A stretch of 48,333 nt of DNA from a bacterium (GCA_043820875.1 JBDRDI010000028.1:1-48333), one strand, 5' to 3'; positions 17,817 to 27,551 are shown, counted from the stretch's first letter. Numbers and translations: made by a program. Notes: generated by a model from the sequence alone, not told the origin.

Positions 17817-17845
17817 ATGATATTATATATATTTATATTGGTCAA
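17817..17845 (-). promoter_or_regulatory. Putative murC promoter
   Basis: TTGACC-N17-TATCAT; predicted TSS at about the ATG at 17809. Confidence 0.5.
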
Positions 17846-17875
17846 TTGAATTGCTCCTTTATAATTTATAGTATT

Positions 17876-17908
17876 AAAAAACCCCGCGCTGTTTTCACAA
17901 CGCGGAGT
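17876..17908 (-). terminator. Intrinsic terminator with GAAA tetraloop
   Basis: ACTCCGCGTTGT-GAAA-ACAGCGCGGGGT followed by a T-tract on the minus strand. Confidence 0.8.
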
Positions 17909-17946
17909 GGATAAATCTTCAACCATTTTACTTAGCCTTTTTGGGC

Positions 17947-18123
17947 TTATTTGCCCTTCTCTTCTCTGAACTTTTTCCAATCCCGCGGGCTTATTCCCAT
18001 GGGTGGCCTACCTTTCCCCACTTTATTTTTCTTTTCTATCATTTCAAAATGAGCACTTCTTGCTTATTCACTATCAAATACGATACCAGAATCAATAGAC
18101 GTTTTTTTCTTTTTGGTCGCCAT
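17947..18123 (-). pseudogene. Small basic ORF (58 codons) interrupted by one in-frame TAA at 18066-18064
   Basis: MATKKKKTSIDSGIVFDSE*ARSAHFEMIEKKNKVGKGRPPMGISPRDWKKFREEKGK*; strong SD-like AAGGGGAGCGAGGT upstream; terminator downstream. Confidence 0.5.
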
Positions 18124-18192
18124 TTTTTATTACCTCGCTCCCCTTGTTGTTAATGTTTTAATACTACAACTAATCACATTAAAATTAAAAAG

Positions 18193-19263
18193 TCAAATAA
18201 GCAACTTCTCTACAACTCTCCGCACCTCATCTTTCTCGGCGATTTTTATCACATCTTTAATTTTACTTTTAAAAGACTCTTGACGCGATTTATTTTCCAA
18301 TAAACTTTTAATATTGACTATAAAATCTTCTTTGTTTATTTTCTTTTGGTCTAAAACTATTCCAGCCTCTTTTTCTTCAAAAATTTTCGCGTTATCTTCT
18401 TGATGCGAATCAGGCATGGGGATAAGAATTGCGGGTTTGCCAAGGGCGGAGATTTCTGTCAAAGCGCCCATACCACAGCGGGTGACAACGATATCCGCAA
18501 CTGTGTAGGCTTTGAGCATTCCAAAAGTGTCCACGAACTCAAAGGCGCGATAATTTTCACTGTCCACTTTATTGGTATTTTTTCCTTTACCGGTAATATG
18601 AATGATTTGGCAGAATTTTTCCAGACTCTCCCTGCTTTCGTAAACCAAGTCGTTAATCTTTTGTGCGCCCGTACCTCCTCCCATAATCAACACGGCTGGA
18701 AGCGAATCGCTTAAACCAATTTTTTGCAAAGCTTCACGGCGCGATATTTTTATATCCAAAAATTTTGGCCTTATCGGATTACCAAGCCACGTCGCTTTAT
18801 TACTATAATCTTTTAATGACTTTTCAAACGTAACCGTAATAATCTTGGCGCAAGGCGCCATTAATCTATTGGCCAATCCAGCCATAGCGTCTTGTTGATG
18901 AATTAAAACCGGCACGCGACAAACCCAAGAAGCCCACACAACAGGGACGCTGACAAATCCTCCGGCGCTTATTGAAGCGAAGGGCCTTTCTTTTAAGATA
19001 ATAAAAATAGACTGAAAAAAACCAATGATAATAAAAAATAAATCAATAAAATTCAAAAATGAAAAATAGCGCCGCCACTTTCCGGAATAAATAGAAATAA
19101 ATTTAATCCCCTCTTCTTCCACCATTTCTTTTTCCACGCCTTTGTGAGTCCCAATCCAAATAGAATCTGACATCCCATCCGCGATTGCCAAAAGCGGAGT
19201 CACGGAGCCAGCCGTTCCACCACCGGAAAAAAGTATTTTAACAGATTGTTTTTTATTTAACAT
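18193..19263 (-). CDS. murG: Undecaprenyldiphospho-muramoylpentapeptide beta-N-acetylglucosaminyltransferase
   Basis: GGGTAGS, GGFVSVP, HQQD, GNPIR, GGGTGA and HQEDNA motifs. Confidence 0.95.
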   Translation of the reverse strand: MLNKKQSVKILFSGGGTAGSVTPLLAIADGMSDSIWIGTHKGVEKEMVEEEGIKFISIYSGKWRRYFSFLNFIDLFFIIIGFFQSIFIILKERPFASISAGGFVSVPVVWASWVCRVPVLIHQQDAMAGLANRLMAPCAKIITVTFEKSLKDYSNKATWLGNPIRPKFLDIKISRREALQKIGLSDSLPAVLIMGGGTGAQKINDLVYESRESLEKFCQIIHITGKGKNTNKVDSENYRAFEFVDTFGMLKAYTVADIVVTRCGMGALTEISALGKPAILIPMPDSHQEDNAKIFEEKEAGIVLDQKKINKEDFIVNIKSLLENKSRQESFKSKIKDVIKIAEKDEVRRVVEKLLI

Positions 19264-19269
19264 AAATTT

Positions 19270-19308
19270 ACTTTTGACTTTCGACTTTTGACTTTAGACT
19301 TCAAACTA
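19270..19308. repeat. Heptamer tandem array (ACTTT[TCA]G, about 5 copies) abutting the ftsW stop
   Basis: acttttg actttcg acttttg actttag acttcaa acta; same unit as the array at 1063-1096. Confidence 0.85.
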
Positions 19309-20415
19309 CCGTGTATATTTACTAATATTAACCAAAATTCCCAATGCGGCCAATGCGGATAAAATCGCGGACCCGCCATAACTCACCAAAGGCAACGGAA
19401 CACCTGTCATGGGCATAATGTTCACTATTCCGCCAATATTAACAAATGCCTGAACCGCAAGCCAGCTGACAATACCTATCGCTAAAATTCTACCAAAATC
19501 GTCTGGAGCTTTCAAGGCAATCTTATATCCTTTATAAAATAAAAATAAAAAACATCCGATAAAAAGCGTAGAAAAAACAAAGCCAACTTCTTCGGCCATA
19601 ATCGCAAAAATTGAATCGCTATAAACTTCTGGCAAATACATAAATTTTTGTCGACTTGCTCCGAGTCCTCGACCGAATATTCCTCCTGATCCAACGGCAA
19701 TCAATGACTGATTCACTTGATAACATCTGTCATTCGCACTATAGGCAGAATCAAACACGCACCTGAATCGATCCATTTGATACGGTTTGAATTGTGCCAA
19801 AACAGTAATACCCAAAACAGCGACAATAATAATAATTAATATATGTTTGGTACTGCCTCCACCCACAAAATAAACAATCAGAGATGTCGCGCCAAGAATG
19901 GACAAAGTACCGATGTCCGGTTGGAGAACCATAAGCGCTGCGATAACTCCGAGTATAAAAACGAATGGTCCGATACCCATTTCAAAATTATGTAAATCAT
20001 TTTTTCTCGCCTCCAACCATGCGGCCAAATAAAGAAGGAAAGACAATTTTACGAATTCCGAAGGCTGTAGAGAAAAACCGAAAATATTTATCCAACTTCT
20101 AGCAGTTCCATATCCGGCGCTTAATCCTGGGATAAAAACCAAAAACAATAAAAGAATTGAAAAAAATAAAAATCCAACAGCGTACTTTTTCCAAATATGA
20201 TAATCAATTTTGGAAAAATACCAAAAAGCGATGCCACCCAAAAAAGTCCAGACCAATTGACGTTTTAAATAATAATAAGCATCCCCAAATTTATTATAAG
20301 CCATAACCGAAGACGCACTGGACAAACAAATTAAGCCAAAAACGATTAAAACCCCAATAATAATAAGCAAATAAGCGTCAACTTCCCTCCTGGATTCATT
20401 GTTTTTATAAATCAT
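19306..20415 (-). CDS. ftsW: SEDS peptidoglycan glycosyltransferase FtsW
   Basis: QPSEFVK, QPDIGT, GSGGIFGRG and TGVPLPLVSYGGS motifs; located between mraY and murG. Confidence 0.93.
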   Translation of the reverse strand: MIYKNNESRREVDAYLLIIIGVLIVFGLICLSSASSVMAYNKFGDAYYYLKRQLVWTFLGGIAFWYFSKIDYHIWKKYAVGFLFFSILLLFLVFIPGLSAGYGTARSWINIFGFSLQPSEFVKLSFLLYLAAWLEARKNDLHNFEMGIGPFVFILGVIAALMVLQPDIGTLSILGATSLIVYFVGGGSTKHILIIIIVAVLGITVLAQFKPYQMDRFRCVFDSAYSANDRCYQVNQSLIAVGSGGIFGRGLGASRQKFMYLPEVYSDSIFAIMAEEVGFVFSTLFIGCFLFLFYKGYKIALKAPDDFGRILAIGIVSWLAVQAFVNIGGIVNIMPMTGVPLPLVSYGGSAILSALAALGILVNISKYTR

Positions 20416-20421
20416 AAAATA

Positions 20422-21474
20422 TTATATAGTTTTGTCCAATAAGAATACGGTCAAACCGATTGCGGCGGAAACTCCGGATATAACCCAAAATCTCATGACA
20501 ATTTTCGCTTCCGGCCAGCCTAGAGCTTCAAAATGATGATGGATTGGAGATGAAAGAAAAACTTTTTTGCCATGACGTAATTTTTTTGAAAGAACCTGAA
20601 TAATAACCGACAATGATTCTATAACAAAAACAAATCCTATAATCGGCAATATCAAAACACTTTGAGTAAGAAAAGCAATGACACCCAAGGTGATGCCCAT
20701 ACTCATCGCGCCAGTATCTCCCATATAAAAACGAGCCGGCACAATATTAAACCACAGAAAAGCCAACAAGGCTCCGGAAATCACAGCACAAAAAGTCGCC
20801 AAATCATATTTGCCAATGGCAAAAGCCATTAACCCGTAAGCAACAAATGAGGTAAGCAAAGTCCCGCCGGCCAATCCGTCCAGGCCATCTGTTTCGTTAA
20901 CTGAAAAAGCGGTGGCCACAATGACAAAAATAAAAATAATTATATATGACCACCCTAAAGTAATAAAACCAAAAAAAGGAATGTGAAATATATCCCATTC
21001 CAATTTGTAATAAAACCACAATGCGCCGACCAAGGCGATCAAGGCGTAAACAAGTAATCTATATCTGACAGTCAGCCCGCCTCCGCCGAATACTCCTCTA
21101 CCTCGCACATCAAGCCAATCATCAAAAAGGCCAACAAGAGCCGTGGCCACAAGCGCGCCCAATGGCAGAAGAGTTTCTTTTTGCGTTAAAAAATTCAGAT
21201 TTTTAAAGATGTCCCATGGCAAAATAATTGATAAATAATAAAATATCAAACTGAAAAAAAGTACTGTTACCCAAATCAACATTCCGCCCATGGTCGGCGT
21301 GCCGGACTTGTGAGCATGAAGCTTACTAAAAATCGGTGTCAGACCGTTACTTCTGATGCTCTTCCCCATTTTATATTTATACAAATAATGAGTAAGAAGC
21401 GGAGTCCATAATAAAGTAAAAATAAAAGCCAATGTCGCGAAGAATAATATGCGGATAATATAAAAATCAATCAT
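20422..21474 (-). CDS. mraY: Phospho-N-acetylmuramoyl-pentapeptide transferase
   Basis: KSGTPTMGG, NETDGLDGL, FYMGDTG and PIHHHFE motifs. Confidence 0.96.
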   Translation of the reverse strand: MIDFYIIRILFFATLAFIFTLLWTPLLTHYLYKYKMGKSIRSNGLTPIFSKLHAHKSGTPTMGGMLIWVTVLFFSLIFYYLSIILPWDIFKNLNFLTQKETLLPLGALVATALVGLFDDWLDVRGRGVFGGGGLTVRYRLLVYALIALVGALWFYYKLEWDIFHIPFFGFITLGWSYIIIFIFVIVATAFSVNETDGLDGLAGGTLLTSFVAYGLMAFAIGKYDLATFCAVISGALLAFLWFNIVPARFYMGDTGAMSMGITLGVIAFLTQSVLILPIIGFVFVIESLSVIIQVLSKKLRHGKKVFLSSPIHHHFEALGWPEAKIVMRFWVISGVSAAIGLTVFLLDKTI

Positions 21475-21475
21475 A

Positions 21476-21895
21476 CTATTTAAAATTTACTAAATAAATC
21501 AGCAAAATTGCTGTTAATAAAATATAATTGGAAACAATCGCGACTGAAAACAAAACATGAGAAAAAAATCTCCGCGCCTTATGACGGATACCAATGCCGG
21601 CATAAAGAACAAAATTAATCAAGAATATAATCAATCCAAGCAAGGGGATAATATATATATTCGAAGTGTTTCCATAATAATCTATTCCAAAATCCACGTT
21701 ATAATGCAAGGCTATTTGCTCTGCGTCAACAAGATGAATAATAGATTTAGCTAATATCCAAGAAACAATGTTGATTATTAAAAATAATGAAACATAAATT
21801 TTTATATCCAAATACGAAAAAACTTCCAAGACATATTCTTTATAGTTTTCTCGTGACAAATAGAAGGAATTTAATATTTTTGAAAAAAAATTCAT
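21476..21895 (-). CDS. Small 3-TM membrane protein (DUF1648-like)
   Basis: 'IALHYNVDFGIDYYG' loop after the first TM; 1 nt from mraY. Confidence 0.6.
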   Translation of the reverse strand: MNFFSKILNSFYLSRENYKEYVLEVFSYLDIKIYVSLFLIINIVSWILAKSIIHLVDAEQIALHYNVDFGIDYYGNTSNIYIIPLLGLIIFLINFVLYAGIGIRHKARRFFSHVLFSVAIVSNYILLTAILLIYLVNFK

Positions 21896-22003
21896 ATATG
21901 TTAATTTTCTCTTTTATGTCAATCTTCTCTTTTACTTTAACATATTTTATTGTCAAAAGACAACAAGGCGAGATCTGTTATTAAATTATATTATACTTTA
22001 TGT

Positions 22004-22033
22004 TTGCGCCTTAAGGCCGAATTATGTTATAAT
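22004..22033 (+). promoter_or_regulatory. Putative promoter of the pilus assembly cluster
   Basis: TTGCGC-N18-TATAAT with extended TG (ATGTTATAAT). Confidence 0.5.
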
Positions 22034-22067
22034 TAACATTAATAAGTTATCAACAATTTTTTATTTT

Positions 22068-23789
22068 ATGTTTTCAAGAAAACAACTTAAAAAAATTCTA
22101 GTCGGTCAAGAAATATTGAACGAAGATGAATTTGAAAAAATTGCCGAAGAGGCAAAATCAAAAAATAAATCAACCGAAAGGATGCTGTTTGAAAAAAAAG
22201 TCGTCACTTCCGCAAATTTATATGAAAATGCCGCGAGTTATTATAAAATACCATTCATAGATTTAAAAACTCAAAAAATACGCAAAGACGTCTTGCTTTC
22301 CATACCCGAACCAATCGCCACAACACACAAAGTAATCGCTTTTGACGCCACGGATAAAGAAATAAAAATAGCCACTACAGATCCGGGCGATATTGAAATT
22401 TTTGAATTTATTCAAAAAAAGACCGGATTTTCTCCGGCCATTTATTTAACCACGCCGGAAAGCTTATTAGACGCACTGAAGCAATATCACAAAAGCCTTA
22501 AGGCTGAATTTAATTATTTAACCGACGAAAAGGGCGAAACGCTAGAAAGAGACTTGAAAAAATTGGCTGAAGACATACCGATTGTGCGCATCGTTGATAC
22601 ATTACTGGAATATTCAATCATGGAAGGCGCTTCCGATATACACATTGAGCCGGAAGAAAAATCCGTATCCGTAAGATACAGAATTGATGGCGTTCTCCAC
22701 AATGTTATGGTATTGCCCAAAGCTGTGCATTCCGGCATCGTGGCTCGCGTAAAAATTCTTGCCAACTTAAAAGTTGACGAGCACCGTATGCCACAAGACG
22801 GGCGCTTTAAAATTTCCACGAAAGAAAATCAAGTCGCTTTCCGCGTTTCCATCTTGCCGGTTTATGACGGAGAAAAAATCGTTCTTCGCTTACTTAATGA
22901 ATCTGCACAAGTGCTCACTCTAGAGCAACTTGGATTTCAGCAAGAACCGTTGGAAGTATTAAAAAGAAACATAATAAAACCTCACGGAATTATTTTGGTC
23001 ACCGGTCCGACTGGTTCCGGAAAAACCACCACACTTTATACCGTATTGAATATTTTAAATACGCCGGAAGTTAACATCTCCACCATAGAAGACCCGATTG
23101 AATACCGCATGCCTCATGTCAACCAATCGCAAGTCAATGCCAAAATCGGATATACTTTTGCCAGTGGCTTACGAGCTTTTTTACGACAAGATCCGAATAT
23201 AATTATGGTGGGAGAAATCCGAGATAAAGAAACCGCGGAAATTGCCATACACGCTGCTATGACCGGACATACTGTTCTCTCTACAATCCACACCAACGAT
23301 GCCGCGACCACGATGCCGCGCCTTTCGGAAATGGGAGTACCTTCATTTCTTATTGCCTCCACAATAAATATCATTATTGCCCAACGCTTGGTCCGTAAAA
23401 TTTGTCCCGACTGTATTCAAAGTTACAATCTTGAAAAAGAAGCAATAGACGAATTGAAAAAACAAATGAATATTGAAAGTATTTTGAAAACAATGGAAAG
23501 AACAAAAACAATTTTGAATGCCAAACAAGGACTTAATTCCCTGCTCTTTTATCGCGGCAAAGGATGTTCAAGATGCAATAACACGGGATATAAGGGCCGA
23601 ATAGGCATCTATGAAATTTTGGAAAATACCGAAGAAATGTCCAGTTTGATATTAAAAAATCGTAGCGCCAATGAAATCAGCGAAGTAACCAAGACAGCCG
23701 GTATGCTTACTATCATTGAAGACGGATTTATCAAAGCCAAAAATGGCATCACCACTATAGAAGAAGTAATGAGAGTGACCAAAGAATAA
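22068..23789 (+). CDS. pilB: Type IV pilus/T2SS extension ATPase (PilB/GspE)
   Basis: ASDIHIEP, RMPQDGR, GPTGSGKTTT, LRQDPNIIMVGEIRD, and tetracysteine CPDC/CSRC motifs. Confidence 0.92.
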   Translation: MFSRKQLKKILVGQEILNEDEFEKIAEEAKSKNKSTERMLFEKKVVTSANLYENAASYYKIPFIDLKTQKIRKDVLLSIPEPIATTHKVIAFDATDKEIKIATTDPGDIEIFEFIQKKTGFSPAIYLTTPESLLDALKQYHKSLKAEFNYLTDEKGETLERDLKKLAEDIPIVRIVDTLLEYSIMEGASDIHIEPEEKSVSVRYRIDGVLHNVMVLPKAVHSGIVARVKILANLKVDEHRMPQDGRFKISTKENQVAFRVSILPVYDGEKIVLRLLNESAQVLTLEQLGFQQEPLEVLKRNIIKPHGIILVTGPTGSGKTTTLYTVLNILNTPEVNISTIEDPIEYRMPHVNQSQVNAKIGYTFASGLRAFLRQDPNIIMVGEIRDKETAEIAIHAAMTGHTVLSTIHTNDAATTMPRLSEMGVPSFLIASTINIIIAQRLVRKICPDCIQSYNLEKEAIDELKKQMNIESILKTMERTKTILNAKQGLNSLLFYRGKGCSRCNNTGYKGRIGIYEILENTEEMSSLILKNRSANEISEVTKTAGMLTIIEDGFIKAKNGITTIEEVMRVTKE

Positions 23790-23828
23790 ATTTAAATTTC
23801 ATATTCTAAATTCTAAATTCCAATTTAA
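23787..23828. repeat. Degenerate heptamer array (TAAATTC-like) between pilB and pilC
   Basis: taaatt taaattt catattc taaattc taaattc caatt, beginning at the pilB TAA. Confidence 0.6.
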
Positions 23829-24980
23829 ATGGCTATCCATTTTTCAGAAGAACAACTAAAAAATAAAGGGGGCGGTGAAAAAGAAACGGAAAAAGATATT
23901 AAATATTTTATTGCCAAGGCGGATAAATTTTTGGAAAAAATTTCTCGTGTACCGCTTAAGGAAAAACTTTTTTTTGTCCAACACCTCGGGCTGATGTTGA
24001 AAGCCGGAATTTCCTTATCTTCAGCTCTAAAAACTTTGGCCAAACAAAGTGGAAATAAATTTTTCGTAAAAGTATTGAATGACGTGGCAGACAGGGTCGA
24101 GAAGGGCAATTCTTTTGCTGATTCCTTAAATGTATATAACAAAGTATTCGGGGAGCTTTTTATCAACATGATTGAAGTGGGAGAGTCTTCCGGAAAATTG
24201 GAAGAAGTTTTAAACCAGCTCTTTATTCAAATGAAAAAAGAGCATGCTTTAATCTCAAAAGTGAAAGGCGCCTTGACTTATCCGACAGTCATAATTTTTG
24301 CCATGTTATTAATCGGTACTTTTATGATTACGGTTATCGTGCCAAAAATTACCTCTTCTTTTTTGGAAATGAATGTTGAACTTCCGCTGGCCACCAAAAT
24401 ACTTATAAAAATAAGCAGCTTGCTAGTACACAACGGATTGATTGTGGCCGTGGGTCTTGTTTTGTTTATTATAATATTGGTTCAAGTCATCAGAACCAAA
24501 AAGGGCAAGTCAGTTCTTGATACAATTCTTTTAAAGACACCAATCGTCGGACCAATTATTAAAAAAATAAATTTGGCCCGTTTTGCCAGAAATATTAGCG
24601 CTCTTTTAAAAACAGACATCATGATTATAAAAACTTTCCAAATTACTGCCAACATCTTGGGAAACGTTCATTATAAAAATTCTCTTTTGGATATGGCTCA
24701 AAAAATAAAAAAAGGTGAACGACTGAATGAAGCAATACAAACCTACCCAAAACTTTATCCTCCGATTGTTGTGCAAATGATAGCCGTCGGCGAAGAAACC
24801 GGCGAATTGGATGGTATTTTGGTTGAGTTGGCCGAATTTTACGAAGAAGAAGTTGACGCTATAATGGGAAATTTACCGGCAATTATTGAGCCTCTTCTGA
24901 TACTTTTGCTTGGACTTGGTGTTGGTGGAGTGGCTATAGCCATAATTATGCCTATGTATTCTCTGACAGATGCGATATAA
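23829..24980 (+). CDS. pilC: Type IV pilus platform protein PilC/GspF
   Basis: GESSGKLE, ALTYP, GEETGELD and IEPLLI motifs; two T2SSF repeats. Confidence 0.92.
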   Translation: MAIHFSEEQLKNKGGGEKETEKDIKYFIAKADKFLEKISRVPLKEKLFFVQHLGLMLKAGISLSSALKTLAKQSGNKFFVKVLNDVADRVEKGNSFADSLNVYNKVFGELFINMIEVGESSGKLEEVLNQLFIQMKKEHALISKVKGALTYPTVIIFAMLLIGTFMITVIVPKITSSFLEMNVELPLATKILIKISSLLVHNGLIVAVGLVLFIIILVQVIRTKKGKSVLDTILLKTPIVGPIIKKINLARFARNISALLKTDIMIIKTFQITANILGNVHYKNSLLDMAQKIKKGERLNEAIQTYPKLYPPIVVQMIAVGEETGELDGILVELAEFYEEEVDAIMGNLPAIIEPLLILLLGLGVGGVAIAIIMPMYSLTDAI

Positions 24981-25018
24981 AAAATAATTAAAATTGTGTT
25001 ATAATACAAATTTTTTAT

Positions 25019-26155
25019 ATGTTTTTTCCTTTAAGAAAAATAATTTCACCAATAGGTTTGGATATTTCCGACTTATCGCTTAAATTTGTCCAACTATCCA
25101 AACACGGAAACAAAATTAATGTCCAAAGTTTCGGCAAAGTGGATGTGCCTCCGAATTTTATTATTGGCGGAGAAATTAAAAAGGAAGAAGAAGTGGTTAA
25201 TTTGATTAATAAATTAATATCCAAACCTGATTATGGAACTGCCAATATAGACGAAACAGTAGTTTGCCTTCCTGAAATAAAAACATTCATCAAACTGCTT
25301 ACAATTAATAAATCGCCAAATAACATCGAGGACATGGTCGCCAACGAGATTGAAAAGCACATCCCGCTCTCGGCTGATAAAATTTATTATGATTGGCAAT
25401 TAATTAAAGAAAGTGAAGACAAAAAAATTGTTTTGGTCGGCGTGGCGCCAAAATATATTGTTGATCAATACGCGTCATTGATAGAAAAAACAAAACTTTC
25501 TCTCTCGGGACTGGAGGTTGAATCAACCGCGATTTGTCGTTGCCTCTTGAATGAAGAGTCACCACAATATTTGAAAAAATACGAAATTGATTACGGAATA
25601 ATTGATATTGGGGCCAAACGCGCAAGCATGATTATATATTCAAAAAATACCATTGCCACATCAGTAAGTATTCCCATATCAGGTTTGGAAACCACAACGC
25701 GCATTGCCAAAACCTTGGATATTACCATGGAACAAGCTGAAAAAGCAAAAATAATTTGTGGCATGGATGAACAAAAGGCCAAAGGGATTGTCAAAAAAAT
25801 ACTTTTGAATGTCATGGGCGACCTTGATAAAAGAATTAATGATGTTATTGATTATTATTCCAAAGAATATCCGAGCAGAGGTAAAATCAGTAAACTGATT
25901 CTTTGTGGCGGCGGTTCAAAAATAAACGATCTGGATAAATACATTGCCAAATCTACCTCCATTGAAACAATAACCGGAAATCCATTTATCAATTTCAATA
26001 ATACCAACAACAAATTATCTGAAATTTTTACAGAAACACATAAAATTGACGGTAAAATAATTAATGATTCCAGGGTTTCTTCAGTAAAACAAGATGCCAG
26101 CCTGTCATATGCGACAGCTATCGGCTTGGCGTTAAAAAATATTTTTCAAAACTAA
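25019..26155 (+). CDS. pilM: Type IV pilus assembly protein PilM
   Basis: IGLDISD, IIDIGA, ILCGGGS and C-terminal ATAIGLAL (actin-like fold). Confidence 0.9.
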   Translation: MFFPLRKIISPIGLDISDLSLKFVQLSKHGNKINVQSFGKVDVPPNFIIGGEIKKEEEVVNLINKLISKPDYGTANIDETVVCLPEIKTFIKLLTINKSPNNIEDMVANEIEKHIPLSADKIYYDWQLIKESEDKKIVLVGVAPKYIVDQYASLIEKTKLSLSGLEVESTAICRCLLNEESPQYLKKYEIDYGIIDIGAKRASMIIYSKNTIATSVSIPISGLETTTRIAKTLDITMEQAEKAKIICGMDEQKAKGIVKKILLNVMGDLDKRINDVIDYYSKEYPSRGKISKLILCGGGSKINDLDKYIAKSTSIETITGNPFINFNNTNNKLSEIFTETHKIDGKIINDSRVSSVKQDASLSYATAIGLALKNIFQN

Positions 26156-26157
26156 AT

Positions 26158-26706
26158 ATGCTATCCTTAAATATTATTTCCAAAAAATTAAAAAGAGACA
26201 TAGGACTAAGAGCCATTTATAAATCTTTGGTGAATATTTTTTCTTTAATTATAATATCACTTTTAATTTACGGCTTAATACTTGTCGTATCTAAATCATT
26301 TTTGTCAAATTATTACGATGACAGCATGGGCGAATTCAAAAATGTTGCCAGTGACACGGAAAACTATGATAAAAAAATAAAAGATATTAATGAACTTGTT
26401 TCTGAGGTCGAATTACTGCAAAGCAAAACAACGACTTGGTCATATTTAATAAAATATATATCCGACAACATCGGCACGGGCATGATAATAAATGAAATTT
26501 CCGCAAACAAAAACAATGGCTCGCTCATCATTACGGGGGTTGCAAAAACAAGAGAAGACTTATTTAGACTAAAAGATTTTATAAACGATTCTAAATATTT
26601 TGGCACTGTGGAATTGCCGATTGAAACTTTGTTAAAAAAAGAAGATATTAATTTCAATATCAATATAAAAATCGCATCCTATGAATTTGATAAAATCCAA
26701 AAATAA
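26158..26706 (+). CDS. pilN: PilN-like protein
   Basis: N-terminal 'LSLNII' PilM-binding-like motif, TM, coiled coil, 'LIITGVA'; follows pilM. Confidence 0.72.
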   Translation: MLSLNIISKKLKRDIGLRAIYKSLVNIFSLIIISLLIYGLILVVSKSFLSNYYDDSMGEFKNVASDTENYDKKIKDINELVSEVELLQSKTTTWSYLIKYISDNIGTGMIINEISANKNNGSLIITGVAKTREDLFRLKDFINDSKYFGTVELPIETLLKKEDINFNINIKIASYEFDKIQK

Positions 26707-27256
26707 TTATATCGAAAAAATATGTTTCTTGACTTCAGCATTTTTTATTTTGTCATGCTTAATTTTTTATTTTTTAATATATCTTCCGAAAACAAATATT
26801 GAAAAATTAAAAAACAATATTCTGTCCCAAAAAATTAATCATGAAAAAACAATTAATAAGCAATACAATATGGCTGGGCTACAAAGCAAATTACAAAAAA
26901 TGGAACCCGACATGGAAAGGCTCAACAACATATTTATTAACAAAAACATTAACAATGGGATTGATTTCATTGAAAAAATGGATAATCTGGAAAAACAAAA
27001 CTATGTTAATGTTATTTTGAACATCAATACCGGCGCAAGTAAATCAAACGAAATTTATAAGGCGATTCCCATGACCATAAGCGTCACAGGCGCTTATGAA
27101 AATATTATTGGATATTTAACAAGCTTGGAAAAATTAAATTATTATATTAGTATTAATTCTTTTTCAATTCGCCGGATGACGGAAAAAGATGGCGACGCGC
27201 CGAGCGGAACGCCGAATATTGTCTTGAACGTCAACGCCGACACTTATTGGAAATAA
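26681..27256 (+). CDS. pilO: PilO-like protein
   Basis: TM, coiled coil and 'ISVTGAYENIIGYLTSLEKL' motif. Confidence 0.75.
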   Translation: MNLIKSKNNYIEKICFLTSAFFILSCLIFYFLIYLPKTNIEKLKNNILSQKINHEKTINKQYNMAGLQSKLQKMEPDMERLNNIFINKNINNGIDFIEKMDNLEKQNYVNVILNINTGASKSNEIYKAIPMTISVTGAYENIIGYLTSLEKLNYYISINSFSIRRMTEKDGDAPSGTPNIVLNVNADTYWK

Positions 27257-27275
27257 GGCAAGCGTCAAAACATTT

Positions 27276-27542
27276 ATGAAAATAAAATTATCATCAAAAA
27301 ATATTTGCAATTATGTTTTTATATTAGTTGTCGTAATCGACTGTCTGGCTTTTCTGTATTTATATTCTTTTTTAAAAAATAATGTTTATGAGGCTTTCGC
27401 TCCGGACGAACAATGGATAAAAGAACAAAGCAAAAGCGCGATTCAGGATGTTAATGAAAAAAAAATCGACCAAGTTTTAAGCGCATTGGACGAGAAAGAA
27501 AAAGGAAACAAATCTGCTTTAAAAAATATATTTAGAGAATAG
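27276..27542 (+). CDS. Small single-TM hypothetical protein at the end of the pil cluster
   Basis: 88 aa, one TM, ends 'KNIFRE'; 19 nt after pilO. Confidence 0.65.
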   Translation: MKIKLSSKNICNYVFILVVVIDCLAFLYLYSFLKNNVYEAFAPDEQWIKEQSKSAIQDVNEKKIDQVLSALDEKEKGNKSALKNIFRE

Positions 27543-27551
27543 TAAATTGTA

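Noticed and set aside
17810-17980. 57-aa N-terminal extension of MurC given in the ORF track
   Set aside because: It starts at TTG, crosses a terminator hairpin and a promoter, and MurC similarity begins at ATG 17809.
18193-18195. Alternative genetic code (TGA=Gly, as in Gracilibacteria/Absconditabacteria)
   Set aside because: murG and the GT4 gene at 28712 end at TGA at their expected lengths, and long genes show no in-frame TGA.
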